This document shows, piece by piece, positions 12,101 through 23,670 of a DNA stretch of 64,000 bases. The position numbers and the translations under genes are program-made. Each line of letters begins with the position of its first letter. The stretch's first letter is position 1. The stretch is from Macrostomum hystrix (lineage: Eukaryota; Animalia; Platyhelminthes). The stretch covers positions 1,550,001 to 1,614,000 of the forward strand of contig CATNEN010000025.1 of NCBI GenBank assembly GCA_950097015.1. The letters run 5' to 3'. The notes under the pieces were generated by a model that was given only the letters and a program-made list of their open reading frames with translations, was not told where the DNA came from and searched no databases.

Positions 12101-13706
12101 CTAAGAGAGCTGGCTCAAGGTCTCACATCACTAAGAGAGCTGGCTCAAAGTCTCACATCACTAAGAGAGCTGGCTCAAGGTCTCACATCACTAAGAGAGC
12201 TGGCTCAAAGTCTCACATCACTAAGAGAGCTGGCTCAAAGTCTCACATCACTAAGAGAGCTGGCTCAAAGTCTCACATCACTAAGAGAGCTGGCTCAAGG
12301 TCTCACATCACTAAGAGAGCTGGCTCAAAGTCTCACATCACTAAGAGAGCTGGCTCAAAGTCTCACATCACTAAGAGAGCTGGCTCAAGGTCTCACATCA
12401 CTAAGAGAGCTGGCTCAAAGTCTCACATCACTAAGAGAGCTGGCTCAAAGTCTCACATCACTAAGAGGGCTGGCTCAAAGTCTCACATCACTAAGAGAGC
12501 TGGCTCAAAGTCACACATCACTAACAGAGCTGGCTCAAAGTCTCACATCACTAAGAGAGCTGGCTCAAAGTCTCACATCACTAAGAGGGCTGGCTCAAGG
12601 TCTCACATCACTAAGAGAGCTGGCTCAAAGTCTCACATCACTAAGAGAGCTGGCTCAAAGTCTCACATCACTAAGAGGGCTGGCTCAAGGTCTCACATCA
12701 CTAAGAGAGCTGGCTCAAAGTCTCACATCACTAAGAGAGCTGGCTCAAAGTCTCACATCACTAAGAGAGCTGGCTCAAAGTCTCACATCACTAAGAGAGC
12801 TGGCTCAAAGTCTCACATCACTAAGAGAGTTGGCTCAAAGTCTCACATCACTAAGAGAGCTGGCTCAAAGTCTCACATCACTAAGAGAGCTGGCTCAAAG
12901 TCTCACATCACTAAGAGGGCTGGCTCAAGGTCTCACATCACTAAGAGAGCTGGCTCAAAGTCTCACATCACTAAGAGAGCTGGCTCAAAGTCTCACATCA
13001 CTAAGAGAGCTGGCTCAAAGTCTCACATCACTAAGAGAGCTGGCTCAAAGTCTCACATCACTAAGAGGGCTGGCTCAAGGTCTCACATCACTAAGAGAGC
13101 TGGCTCAAAGTCTCACATCACTAAGAGAGCTGGCTCAAAGTCTCACATCACTAAGAGAGCTGGCTCAAAGTCTCACATCACTAAGAGAGCTGGCTCAAAG
13201 TCTCACATCACTAAGAGAGCTGGCTCAAGGTCACACATCACTAAGAGGGCTGGCTCAAGGTCACACATCACTAAGAGAGCTGGCTCAAAGTCTCACATCA
13301 GAGTGCTGCCGTCAGATGTGGCGAAAGCCAGCTAGTTCCGGTTTTTATTACGCAAATGATATCATATGAGTAATTGGATTTGTACTTACAAAAACTTTCC
13401 CGGCGGCTGGTTATAGCCAGGCGAATATTCTGGACTGCATGGTAGGTGACGCCAGTTCGGTGGCTGCACTTTACCGGCAGTTAAAGTGCATCCCATACGC
13501 AGCTGATCCTTAGATAGTGTACTGCAGATATTAGGATGGAATGCTCTGTTGTGAAACATGGTACTTTAATGACTAATTACCACTAACTGAGGTACTTCAG
13601 AACCAGCAAAAAATTACACTACTGCCTGCAAGTAGTAACAATCTAAGTTAAAGCAACTTTTTGTATTAAACACTAAAAAGCCTTACCAAGCTGTACGCCC
13701 GCACAT
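186..13706 (-). CDS. HMCES: HMCES / SRAP-domain abasic-site processing protein, 7 coding exons, ~363 aa
   Basis: Exons (minus): 13687-13706, 13390-13521, 10951-11308, 9456-9539, 9303-9362, 6507-6622, 186-507. All are GT-AG with consistent phases and total 1092 nt. The protein starts MCGRTAC (catalytic Cys2) and has MKWGLVPSW, RRCVLLCEGFYEW, YSFTVIT, IHDRMP|AIL, AVSSHVNS and a low-complexity basic C-terminus. Confidence 0.95.
951..1137 (+). repeat. 5' LTR
   Basis: tgtgttgtac...tagaccaca, same sequence as 5045-5231. Confidence 0.95.
1161..5015 (+). CDS. Gag-Pol polyprotein (CCHC knuckles, aspartic protease, RT, RNase H, DDE integrase)
   Basis: ATG at 1161 (MASAVKF). Motifs: CYSCGKEGHVSKEC, LVDTGCS, RPVLDYRELN, DLRKAY, LGFGLNVAP, YIDD, CDASS...AELEAV...TDS, HEKHH...CIRC, and D(VTH)...DN...GNGIVE. 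Confidence 0.95.
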   Translation: MASAVKFSDIIKQYDGEEDFSRWAQKLELVAKLQKVNDLAAFIPLFLSGGAFAVYQALNEKSKSDYKTLKAALTSAFCPNKYKAYDEFVSRRLGPGESVDVFLADLTRLARLVDEIPGEEWIKCAFVRGLPATVSQQLIASCSLKELELHELAEKARNLTISRESCCVVSSAGNARSAGKFAPRNKVMSCYSCGKEGHVSKECMERNRANQGCFVCGKSGTCGCSMPAARRFSKKRVMEARNVCANGLPCAPAHLPSLSVHVNSLVVTALVDTGCSRSIVSSRVTGVKKRPVHERVTMMNGDSAECEWEADVTLSVRGHQLPVLRCIVMDILPGFDLLLGMDAISRLGGVSVKRDCRSVRFGIEEQSLALETAAVAKAFSKPKAESPVSCPAGEVESPVSCPAGEVESPVSCPAGEVESPVSCPAGEVESPVSCPAEEVESPVSCPTGEVESPVSCPAGEVESPVSCPAGEVESPVSCPARGARLAKNTLTEACLVLEEKDFSAKFIDGEWTVAWKWLDEAPLLSNTIAQYRVPPEAVGEYESEIKDWIQRGWLLPFEGDSDGVIPLMAVVQTNKAKVRPVLDYRELNQYVSSHTAESVVCGAKLRAWRRLGENASIIDLRKAYLQLRLDPSLWRYQVVRFKGRRYCLTRLGFGLNVAPKIMTAVVNKVLSMEDDVREATDSYIDDIIVNNSKIPNERVTGLLARFGLEAKPPESLIGGRVLGLRVYRREDGVICWKRDNVLSQLKGPATRRQLFSWCGQLVGHFPVAAWLRVACSYLKRVTSTIAWDAIVSESAMRIAQEISEMVQERDPVAGVWTVDETSRCRVWCDASSIAIGAVIEIGGVIVEDASWLRKQDDAAHINLAELEAVLKGINLALAWGTRKVEVLTDSATVHGWLQSLIVGDKPVRVKGLGEALVRKRLSLIRDTASECELELLTSLVPSSANKADALTRVPQQWLRQRPFCAVALRPVDMDLRACHEKHHFGVDRTLYLAKLCFPEREVLREEVERIVANCIRCKSVDPAPMVWDHGRLEVDANWWRLACDVTHFKDDRYLSIVDCGPSRFSLWRKLTDERTASITGILVQVFRERGPPWQLLLDNSPTFRSAEVRAFCEAWGVQLLFRCAHRPSGNGIVERNHRTIKRMAARTGKDVLEMVFWYNMAPKDGTRKDSVPSRMVSTYDWKPPTVSLPEALETLEANPTLPVGTEVFVKPPAVRCTDEWPRGRVTGQGQGSTVEVDGLPRHVADVRPAPDTQPQPPGVERAVERDAEPRRSNRVKSAPVRYEP
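2313..2600 (+). repeat. 33-bp in-frame tandem repeat x9 inside pol (ESPVSCPAGEV)
   Basis: Unit gagtcacctgtgagctgtccggcaggagaggtc, located between the protease and RT domains. Confidence 0.97.
5045..5231 (+). repeat. 3' LTR
   Basis: Same 187-bp sequence as 951-1137. Confidence 0.95.
5394..6469. repeat. 21-bp minisatellite, HMCES intron 6
   Basis: Unit gaatgggagattggattgaat. Confidence 0.95.
6674..9295. repeat. 30-bp minisatellite (29-bp variants), HMCES intron 5
   Basis: Unit aggatctgggaggatggcagcccagtgctg. Confidence 0.97.
9835..10790. repeat. Degenerate GA-rich tandem repeat, HMCES intron 3
   Basis: Core ggagagatgagacaggg with variable period. Confidence 0.9.
11426..13300. repeat. 30-bp minisatellite, HMCES intron 2
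   Basis: Unit ctcacatcactaagagagctggctcaaagt. Confidence 0.97.
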
Positions 13707-14274
13707 GGTCGCTATTTATAGGGCTTTGTTTATAATTTCTCGAGTTTCACTTTAATTACTATTGACAAGCAGCTGAAAATTTAACAAAAGAAGTATGATT
13801 AAAATAGTTCAGGCCAAGATAATAAAGTACTTTCTATAATAACATTTCTTTGTTTAACAACTTGTAGTCGTGTCACTTTTGTGAATTAGTTAAGATAAAT
13901 AAGTTAAACTAACAAAGGCACACACGTGCTGTTAATTTGTTTGTCAAGCTCAATGCGCAATAAGTAGCAGCCAACTAACTATGGCTGCTTAGAGACTTAG
14001 GTCTAATTATGTTTAATAAATAGCAAACAGTTAAACTGTCCTTTCCGCATAGCCACAATGATCTTTGCTTTCGTTATATTTGCAACTTTTCCGACCAGAG
14101 CTATAATAGTTATATTACGTCGAATCAGATTTTTTGCATCACAAATGAAGTGAAGAAAGTCGTACACAAATACAACTGGAAAGTACCAAACTTGTGTGTG
14201 AACATGCAGTCACAAAAAGTTGCTCACTTGTGAAGATATAAGCAGATTAGCACGAGTAAGACAGACCAGACAAG

Positions 14275-14915
14275 CATTTCTTGTCCCTGCTAGCATAATC
14301 CTAATAGCGTGAAGTTTTGTTTCTTCAGTCTTTGTCCCAGCTGGCATAATCCTAACTGTGTGAAATTTCGGCCAGCTTTCCTCAGTCTTTGTCCCAGCTA
14401 GCATAATCCTAACTGTGTGAAATTTCGGCCAGCTTTCCTCAGTCTTTGTCCCAGCTAGCAAGCACAATTCTAACAGTGAAATTTTGGCCAGGTTTTTCTC
14501 AGTCTTTGTCCCAGCTAGCATAATCCTAACTGTGTGAAATTTCGGCCAGCTTTCCTCAGTCTTTGTCCCAGCTAGCAAGCACAATTCTAACAGTGAAATT
14601 TTGGCCAGGTTTTTCTCAGTCTTTGTCCCAGCTAGCAAGCACAATTCTAACAGTGAAATTTTGGCCAGGTTTTTCTCAGTCTTTGTCCCAGCTAGCAAGC
14701 ACAATTCTAACAGTGACATTTTGGCCAAGTTTCCTCAGTCTTTGTCCCAGCTAGCAAGCACAATTCTAACAGTGACATTTTGGCCAAGTTTCCTCAGTCT
14801 TTGTCCCAGCTAGCAAGCACAATTCTAACAGTGACATTTTGGCCAAGTTTCCTCAGTCTTTGTCCCAGCTAGCAAGCACAATTCTAACAGTGACATTTTG
14901 GCCAGGTTTCCTCAA
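14275..14915. repeat. ~60-bp tandem repeat between NXF1 and HMCES
   Basis: Unit approx. ctcagtctttgtcccagctagcaagcacaattctaacagtgaaattttggccaggttttt. Confidence 0.92.
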
Positions 14916-15435
14916 TCTTTTTCGATGCTAGCCATATTCCGCAGGGATATGTCCCATAAAACAGAATTTTGAAAACCCTGCAGTTTTAACAGATCTAAAC
15001 AACGCAAAATCGTAACTCAAAATGAACGCTCGTACTAACTTAGGCAAGAGGTACATTATGCAGCAGCATAAGAGAATATCATAGAATTTTAATTACAATT
15101 CAACAAATGAGAAAACAGTCGAGCTGATAATAAAAGTACCCGAACCCACAGGCATAAAAGGAATAAATTAAATAAAATAACTTATTTTACAAACACACAA
15201 CTTCAGTCACGATCGGTACGGTAGATGCGTCACTTTTAATACAAGCAAATGGAACAAGCAGTCGCAAGGGCACTGCCAAGCAATAGTGCCTGAATTATAT
15301 GAATAAGTTTTTTATTAGCGCTCAAGTAGTATGCTGGAAATGTATTTCTTACTACTAAAAAGATTGTAAACTGCCGCACATTGTAACAACCAAATCAACA
15401 GGTTCGGCTTGTGAATTGTCAACAGCCGTACGCGG

Positions 15436-18400
15436 TCACTGCTGAAAGGCTTCAGGAGGCAGCTTGCCTTCGGACTTCAGCTGGGAGAATTTGCTAGCAG
15501 CCAGGTCGAAATCCCAGCCAAATTCGCTCAGGCATTGCCGGCTAAAGTTTGCATTCATGCCCGACTTGGCGGCGAAGTCAATCACCATGGCGTCCTTGGC
15601 GGCCGCCGGCAGCTCCTGGAGTACGGCGCTGGTGGCACTCGAAGCTGCGGCTGTGGCATTCTGTTTGCGAAACCATTCAGCACCCTGGGCAGATTTTCCA
15701 CGGGTAACAGATAAGGATTGTATTTAGAAATCATTCGCGTGAAATCGTCCATAATTTAAGTCAGCAGACCGGTGGAATTTTCCATTGTTTTTTGTTAGCA
15801 TATTGGTGGAGCTATCTATTATGTAAGTCAGCAGACTGGTGGAATTCTCCATTGTTTTTTTGTTAGCATATTGGTGGAGCTATCTATTATTTAAGTCAGC
15901 AGACTGGTGGAATTCTCCATTGTTTTTTTGTTAGCATATTGGTGGAGCTATCTATTATTTAAGTCAGCAGACTGGTGGAATTTTCCATTGTTTTTTGTTA
16001 GCATATTGGTGGAGCTATCTATTATGTAAGTCAGCAGACTGGTGGAATTTTCCATTGTTTTTTGTTAGCATATTGGTGGAGCTACCTATTATGTAAGTCA
16101 GCAGACTGGTGGAATTCTCCATTGTTTTTTTGTTAGCATATTGGTGGAGCTATCTATTATTTAAGTCAGCAGACTGGTGGAATTTTCCATTGTTTTTTGT
16201 TAGCATATTGGTGGAGCTATCTATTATTTAAGTCAGCAGACTGGTGGAATTCTCCATTGTTTTTTTGTTAGCATATGGGTGGAGCTATCTATTATGTAAG
16301 TCAGCAGACTGGTGGAATTTTCCATTGTTTTTTGCTAGCATATTGGTGGAGCTATCTATTATGTAAGTCAGCAGACTGGTGGAATTCTCCATTGTTTTTT
16401 TGTTAGCATATTGGTGGAGCTATCTATTATTTAAGTCAGCAGACTGGTGGAATTTTCCATTGTCTTTTGTTAGCATATTGGTGGAGCTATCTATTATTTA
16501 AGTCAGCAGACTGGTGGAATTTTCCATTGTTTTTTGTTAGCATATTGGTGGAGCTATCTATTATTTAAGTCAGCAGACTGGTGGAATTTTCCATTGTTTT
16601 TTGTTAGCATATGGGTGGAGCTATCTATTATTTAAGTCAGCAGACTGGTGGAATTTTCCATTGTTTTTTGTTAGCATATTGGTGGAGCTATCTATTATTT
16701 AAGTCAGCATACTGGTGGAATTTTCCATAGTTTTTGCCAGCGTACTATTGGGATTTTCCATAGTTTTTAGTAAGCATACTGGTGGAATTTTCCATAGTTT
16801 TTGCCAGCGTACTTTTGGGGTTTTCCATAGTTTTTAGTAAGCATACTGGTGGAATTTTCCATAGTTTTTGCTAGCGTACTATTGCGATTTTCCATAGTTT
16901 TTAGCAAGCAAACTGGTGGATTTTTTAAAATTTATGTTAGCAAACTGGTGGAATTTTCCTTAGTTTTTAGTTAGTTAGCAATTCTCTCACCTGATGGCTG
17001 ACATGCGTGATGTACAAATCGTCTGCGTGAATCTGCATGCCAGCCTCGCTGCCGGGCACCGGCACCAGAACCATTGTGCGACTAAAAGTGCGCAGAGTCT
17101 TATCCTGAGTGTCGCTGTCTCGCCCCGGAGTTAACTCAATAAATATGCCAGTGAGAAAGATCAGGGCGGCTTTGTCGCTATGAACTGGCACATCAACTCG
17201 CAGGCTGTTCAATAGATGATTGGTTGTAGGCATTTTCTCCAGAGCCGAGACGCACTGAAGTCGACCGCGTTGAATCAGCGAGTCAGCTTTGCTGCGATTG
17301 TTTTCCAGGAATTTCAAATTCCGACTAAGGCCAGTGTAGCAGGCCAGCGAGCGATGATTGATTGAGGCCGGCGGAGCAGCAGACGACAGCGTCAGCTTGG
17401 CGTGCTCAGTATAGTAGGGCAACAGTCGGCTGCGCTCATTGCTGTCCATGATGCTGTAGTAGCTGCGATTGCATTTTAGAAATTTACGAATATAAAGGTG
17501 GGAGTGACTATGAATACGATTTTAAAACAATCTTTGCCACCTAAAAAGTCGCAAAAACACAGTTAACAGATAACTCCACTGCAACGCCGTCCCACAAGTG
17601 GAACAGTGTTAGTGAGGATCTTACTTCTTCAAGTAGTTAATAACGGCCATTTTGATGTCGTCGTTGGGAAAATAGCCCAGCGTAGCCTGGGGCAGAGTGC
17701 TCTGGCGCTGGGCTATTACATCGCGATCGTTCTAAAAAAGCCAAATAATGGATTTGGGCGCCCGGGGAAAGGCCAAATGTAGATTGCGCAGCGAAATATA
17801 CTACTCGTAAGTAGAAATATGAAAAAGTTTCTCTAAAAATGAAAGACTTTCAAAAATACTTTTCTCAATACTCAGTGCTTAATAAATGCAAATATTACAA
17901 ATTTCTAATAATTAATCAATTGCCAACAGATTAGTTTTGAGTAAAAGACTTAGTAGCGATATGAGAACCTGTCTCCTTGTGGCATTAAACTTGACGAAGA
18001 TTAACAAATATTAATTTGATGGCCTTTTCTCATCGTTCACATAGTAATTCAGTACTTTATACATCCATACTGATGGCAAATACTGAAAATGTAACACTCG
18101 CTTGATCATATACGCAGCTCTTCCATCATCATTGTTGCTCACCGATCTGTCAGACACTTCAAGTGGCCTCTTCTGGCTCTTTTTGACTCCGGTTGCAAAC
18201 ATAAGGCGCACATTATTTTTTTGCGCAAATCATATAAAACCATAAAGGTTTTTAATTTCTCTTTTTTTATCAAGCTTAGTCAAAGCTTCATTCATAGCAG
18301 CATTATCACTGCCTAATGATGATTCATAAAGCTCACACACATGCGGGACGTCTATCTCCCGACTTTACACTGATCAGCAATCAGTCTTCATAACGCACAG

Positions 18401-21400
18401 CTTGGCTGTAAATATCATCAAGCTTGTTTTTAATGCTTTTGTCACCAATCGAGGTTAGGCACTCAAAAGCCAGTACGTTATCTTCTCTTTTTTGTTGGAA
18501 GAGCTCTTTGTGCAAAATTCAAATCACATGCCAATCACATCGAGCTATGTAAAACAAAAAGCTGGCCATCAGTTTTAATAAATCTATCTTCATCCTTTTA
18601 AGCCACAAAGAATACAGTTTTCATGCTTAATCATCAATATAAAAGCAATTCATCTTATTGGCAACTGATACTTAACTTTCTATTTCTTTGTAAATTTTAT
18701 TGTACTAAATAATTTGTAATTTGTAATACTAGGCTGTCTAAATGCAGTTTTTGTTATCAGATAACTTGATATGCTAATTAGAAAACAGGCAATGGAATAA
18801 TCAGACCAGTTTCTCCAGTTTGGGGCACATGCCCTTCAACGCGGTAGACAGGTCCAAGAAGCGCACGCTGACTGGGTTTTCCTCTAGGCGAACAATGCGC
18901 AACTCCTGGCAGGGCCGCAGGGAGGCCAGCTCCTCCACGGAGCGCAGCCGGTTTGTGCGCAGGTCAACAGTGGTCAGGCACGGGGACAGGCGTTCCAATA
19001 GCGGAGCAAAGCCGGACAGGCTGTCAAGCTGATTGTCTGACAAGTTGAGCACAGCCAGCTCTAAGTTAGGAATCTGGGTGAGTAGTTCGAGCACGGCGGT
19101 GACCACGTTGGGCTTGTTGAGCGGCAAATAGAGGCCAGAGCCAGCTAGCTCAGTGTCCTTCTTTAAAGAGCTCAGGTCCAGCGCTCGAGTGGTCTGCGGA
19201 GTTCCATGTTTTTTCGTATCTCAATTTGAGGATTAGTATCCCAATTTGAGGATTAGTATCCTAATTTGAGGATTAGTATCCATATTTGAGGATTAGTATC
19301 CTAATTTGTGGATTAGTATCCTAATTTGTGGATTAGTATCCTAATTTGAGGATTAGTATCCTAATTTGAGGATTAGTATCCATATTTGAGGATTAGTATC
19401 CTAATTTGTGGATTAGTATCCTAATTTGTGGATTAGTATCCTAATTTGAGGATTAGTATCCCAATTTGAGGATTAGTATCCCAATTTGAGGATATGTATC
19501 CTAATTTGAGGATTAGTATCCTAATTTGAGGATATGTATCCTAATTTGAGGATTAGTATCCTAATTTGAGGATTAGTATCCATATTTGAGGATTAGTATC
19601 CTAATTTGTGGATTAGTATCCTAATTTGAGGATTAGTATCCCAATTTGAGGATTAGTATCCCAATTTGAGGATATGTATCCTAATTTGAGGATTAGTATC
19701 CTAATTTGAGGATTAGTATCCAAATTTGAGGATTAGTATCCTAATTTGAGGATATGTATCCTAATTTGAGGATTAGTATCCTAATTTGTGGATTAGTATC
19801 CTAATTTGAGGATTAGTATCCCAATTTGAGGATTAGTATCCTAATTTGAGGATATGTATCCTAATTTGAGGATTAGTATCCTGATTTGTGGATTAGTATC
19901 CTAATTTGTGGATTAGTATCCTAATTTGAGGATTAGTATCCATATTTGAGGATTAGTATCCTAATTTGAGGATTAGTATCCTAATTTGAGGATTATTATC
20001 CATATTTGAGGATTAGTATCCTAATTTGAGGACTATTATGCCAATTTGAAGATTTTCGTTTCCGAAATTGAGGGTTAGTATCCAAATTTAGGGATTCATT
20101 CCGAATTTTAAAATTCGAATTTCATTTATCAACACTAAATTTCATTTTATCCCGACAGGAAAGTCAGTAATCGTCAGACTAATCATAGAAAAAATGGCAG
20201 CTTCATCTTGGGGATCCGGTAATCATTTCTAACCTGCAGGTATCTCCGGCTAAGCGTCTGGCGCAGCGCTTGCTTAGCTTCGTCGTCTAGCACCGGCACC
20301 ACCGGTTCGCGGACCTCCGTGACGTTGATCATGAGACGCTGGCCATCCGGGCAGGAGATGCTGCTTGCCACCTTGCTGTACTCGCTAGCCGTAGATTTCT
20401 TTTCGCGCACGTAGAAGAAGCAATTTCGCTGCTCTGTGCGCCACATGAATGGCGTGAAGCTGCGGCTCAGATGGGCCTGCAGCGATTCCAGAATCCAGAC
20501 TCGGTCGTATTTGACGCCAAACACCACCGTGACCTGGCGGGGCGAGCAGTTTTTTGAGTGATGTCAAGTGAATTTCATTTCGCGAAATAGCAGCAAACGG
20601 TTGGGAAATGACTACAATGTTCTAACCTTAAACCAGCGCTCCTCGTCAGCGTTGGGTCTGACATTGTCAGCAATTAGGCCAAGTCGGTCCGGATGCAGGG
20701 CCGACTGGCTGATATAGGCGCCGCCGCCACTGCCTCCGCCCCTGCGGCCTCGCTTTTCGATACCACCGCCACGAAAGCCGCCTCCACCGCCGCCGCGGGG
20801 GCCACCGCCGCGATAAAATCCACCGCCGCTGCCGCCACCGCCACCACGATAATGGGATCCACCGCCGCGGGTCTGACTGGGGCTGATGCGTACAACTCTG
20901 ATGCCTTCGCCGCTGCCACTGCTCGGACCTGCGTCGCTATCAGCGCCTGTATGGACATAATGTGGAAAATTACCAAGTATAATAATGCATATTATATTAT
21001 AACACTATAACAACTAAAACCCTTATGAAATTGGCGTTACAGATCTATGCTTCAAATAGAATGATTTCTCCATACTCTATCTCTATCAGATGTAACTCTA
21101 TACTTTGCTACCACTGTTAAATGCCTCATAAAGTGACTACTTAAAAATGTCAAACATTGCACAGCAGTGAATAAAAAGTGCAGACAATTTTATAATGCTC
21201 TTATTGATCATATGATAATTTTTTGAAGGGTTGGAATGAACACAAAAGCATATTAACAAATGTGGCATGTGCATGTGTAGTATATCCTATTTAGCTAAAT
21301 TCAACCATATTTAACCATCCCACATGCACTCAATTTCATAGAGCTAAATTATTAAACTTTGCTGTTAATAGCTAAATAAGCTATAAAAACTGTTTTAAGA

Positions 21401-22911
21401 CAAACATATGGCCTCAAAGATGGGGTAAGTTGTAGACCAAATAACATATGTACCTTATGCATTGTTGTCCCTGAGATTGATTCCACAGTGAAGCAAGATT
21501 TACTTGGGGCATAGCTACAGAGGCTTGGGGCTAATGCAATTTATGCCTTTGAGTCCCAATCTTTAAGGCATAGCCAAAGTGTACACTACCTAACAATGAG
21601 AATGTCAGGGTCATACATGCGCAACACCCGGCCGACCCGGCCGAACTGGCCGGGTGAAACGAGGGCCAAGCAAGGTAAGTCGCAAAAACCAATCGACCAA
21701 GCGCAAAAAAATCAAAGGGGGGACCAAGGGACAAAAAAGGAAGGCGTGAAGAAAAGGAAAAAGGGGAGAGAAAAAGAGAGCAAATGAGAGCAAACTAAGT
21801 CGTAAATAGAGCAATGAAACGAACTAAGTCGCAAATGAGAGCAAAAACTAAGTCGCACGGCCGCCTAAGATTTGGGAGGTTGCGCATGTATGGTCAGGGT
21901 AGGCATACAGACCCAATGAGTGTATGCTCGTATACACTATCTCTATATGTGTGTGCTCAGCAGTCAACAAAATCAGCAGAACAGAGGCAGAATTAACTCC
22001 ATATTGGTAGCAGGCTAGCAACAACAGGTCTAATGCCACCAAATTATGTGCCATTGCTTGTAGCCCCTTACAATTTTTCTTCATGATTACTAATATTAAT
22101 AGATGTTTAGTTTAAAAATATGATAGTTAAAAAGTGACATTTTTACTTGAGTTATTTTGGAGAAGCAGACAAAATTAATAATCCAGATAAGTTATTTTAT
22201 CAAAAAGACAGTTGAATTCAAAATAAAGTTGACAGTATGACCAATTTCTTAGGTCACATGACAGTCACTTTTTAACTGGCATATACTTTACATCTCCAAT
22301 CTCCAAGTGGATTATACAAATGTAATTTGTAAATGATTGACATTTAAGTTATAATTTTTAATGAGAAAAAATATAGGCCTAATAAAAAAATATATATATT
22401 GAAATCATATAAATGAAATATTTACAAGAAAAAACATCTGTACCAATTCAAAGCAAGTGTAATACAAATTTGATCATAGAAAGTTACTTTGTAATAATGT
22501 TTATTGATTATTTATAATTGTTATATTGCTTTATAAAACAATTTTGGAGATCTTAATGTGCTTTGAAAGGCTTGTTTAACTGCAACAAAGTAGTATTAAT
22601 TAGTGCAGCAAAGCTAGGCCTATTGTCCTAATTGCACATAAAGGTGACTAGGTTTTATGATAATCATAACATGGCTATCTTAAAAATCAACAGTGACAAA
22701 TTCTCTAGGTATCCAAGTTTGTTAGTAAACAAAGTGCCCAACTATATGCATGCTAAAAGAATCAGTCACTACAACCAAATTTGACTTATTTGCTTTAATG
22801 TCAAACTGGTCATTTGAGTATGGTCGCATGTACATTTTATAGGTCTAACTACTTACTTCTTCGATCAAACCGATATCGATTTTGGTTTTGCCTTCCACGA
22901 GCAAACGGCAT
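15436..22911 (-). CDS. NXF1: Nuclear RNA export factor 1 (TAP/NXF1 family), 7 coding exons, ~629 aa
   Basis: Exons (minus): 22857-22911, 20627-20946 (RGG-rich, ends WFK), 20234-20533 (RBD, VTVVFGVKYDR), 18807-19193 (LRR, LNLSDNQL...ENPV), 17625-17731, 16991-17462 (NTF2-like, YYSIMDS...FSRT), 15436-15684 (TAP-C/UBA, FAAKSGMN...WDF...LPPEAF). Phases are consistent and total 1890 nt. Confidence 0.92.
15758..16960. repeat. ~67-bp tandem repeat, NXF1 intron 6
   Basis: Unit taagtcagcagactggtggaattttccattgttttttgttagcatattggtggagctatctattatt, decaying to shorter units after ~16720. Confidence 0.95.
19222..20060. repeat. 20-bp minisatellite, NXF1 intron 3
   Basis: Unit aatttgaggattagtatcct. Confidence 0.96.
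21612..21892. mobile_element. hAT-like MITE in NXF1 intron 1
   Basis: 14-bp perfect TIR catacatgcgcaac / gttgcgcatgtatg. Perfect 8-bp TSD gtcagggt (21604-21611, 21893-21900). Confidence 0.88.
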
Positions 22912-23670
22912 GTCGTAGCTAGCTTTGGTGAGGTGAATTAAAGCTAGTCAATCGTAAAGAACCTGTTTCGAGTAGGCCTAAATCTGTAAAGAACTGGATT
23001 CAAAACGAAATGACGTCGTAAAGCGTAATCAGTAACTTTGCAAAACATCAAACAATGTACGTTAGCTTTTGAAGTGCAGTCCGTTGCTTCAAGAACTAAA
23101 TTTACGTAATTTTATTGTACTTAAGGAACAAAATCTGTTTTACTCGGTACTACATTAGCGTTTCCGTAGGCCCTAGTGAACCGACATTGCTTTTAAAGAA
23201 TTTGTTTATTTTGAGTAGATAAATCACCAGCGACAAATTCGCATTTTGATGAAGATTTTTAGTATGGCCTATGTGTCCACAATTTTAATAGTTCTCTTAT
23301 TCGAGTCATAATTTATATTAAAAACCTATATAATTAAATAGGCGTCTTGCCTGAGCCAAAGCATCAATCATTCAAGTGTATAAGAAAATTCTCCGTCATC
23401 GCGAGCAAGAGTAGTAGCCTGCCCTTTAGTTTACGAAACTAGGGCCTAGCTAGCTACCATAGGCCTAGCCACCGGAACATTGGACTAATTATGTTTTGGA
23501 ATGAATGAACCTTTACAAAAAATCGTTCTTTTGTTAGGTCTGGTTTTTGAAGGTCGTGCCTATCACATCATTTCATTTTATTACTTTTGCTTCACCTCCA
23601 CACAGACTGAAGGCCTGAACCTGAAGCCAGGATTTTTAGATAGGCCTAGGCCTAGCTAGTAGCCAGAGAC

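Noticed and set aside
5205-13369. Long ORFs of 300-550 aa (NPISHSF, LRIWEDGSPV, LAQSLTSLRE repeats) as proteins
   Set aside because: They are translations of stop-free minisatellites with unit lengths divisible by 3, inside HMCES introns, and are open in several frames and strands.
14275-16960. Hammerhead ribozymes in the longer (60-67-bp) satellite units
   Set aside because: No CUGANGA...GAAA core with flanking stems on either strand. The ctgatga hits elsewhere (e.g. near 52775) lack stem II.
20674-21010. Ala-rich ORFs 20674-20976 (-) and 20693-21010 (+), and antisense ORFs over the RNF168, SYT12 and ZSWIM8 exons
   Set aside because: They are alternative-frame or antisense shadows of GC-rich real exons (here the RGG-rich NXF1 exon 2).
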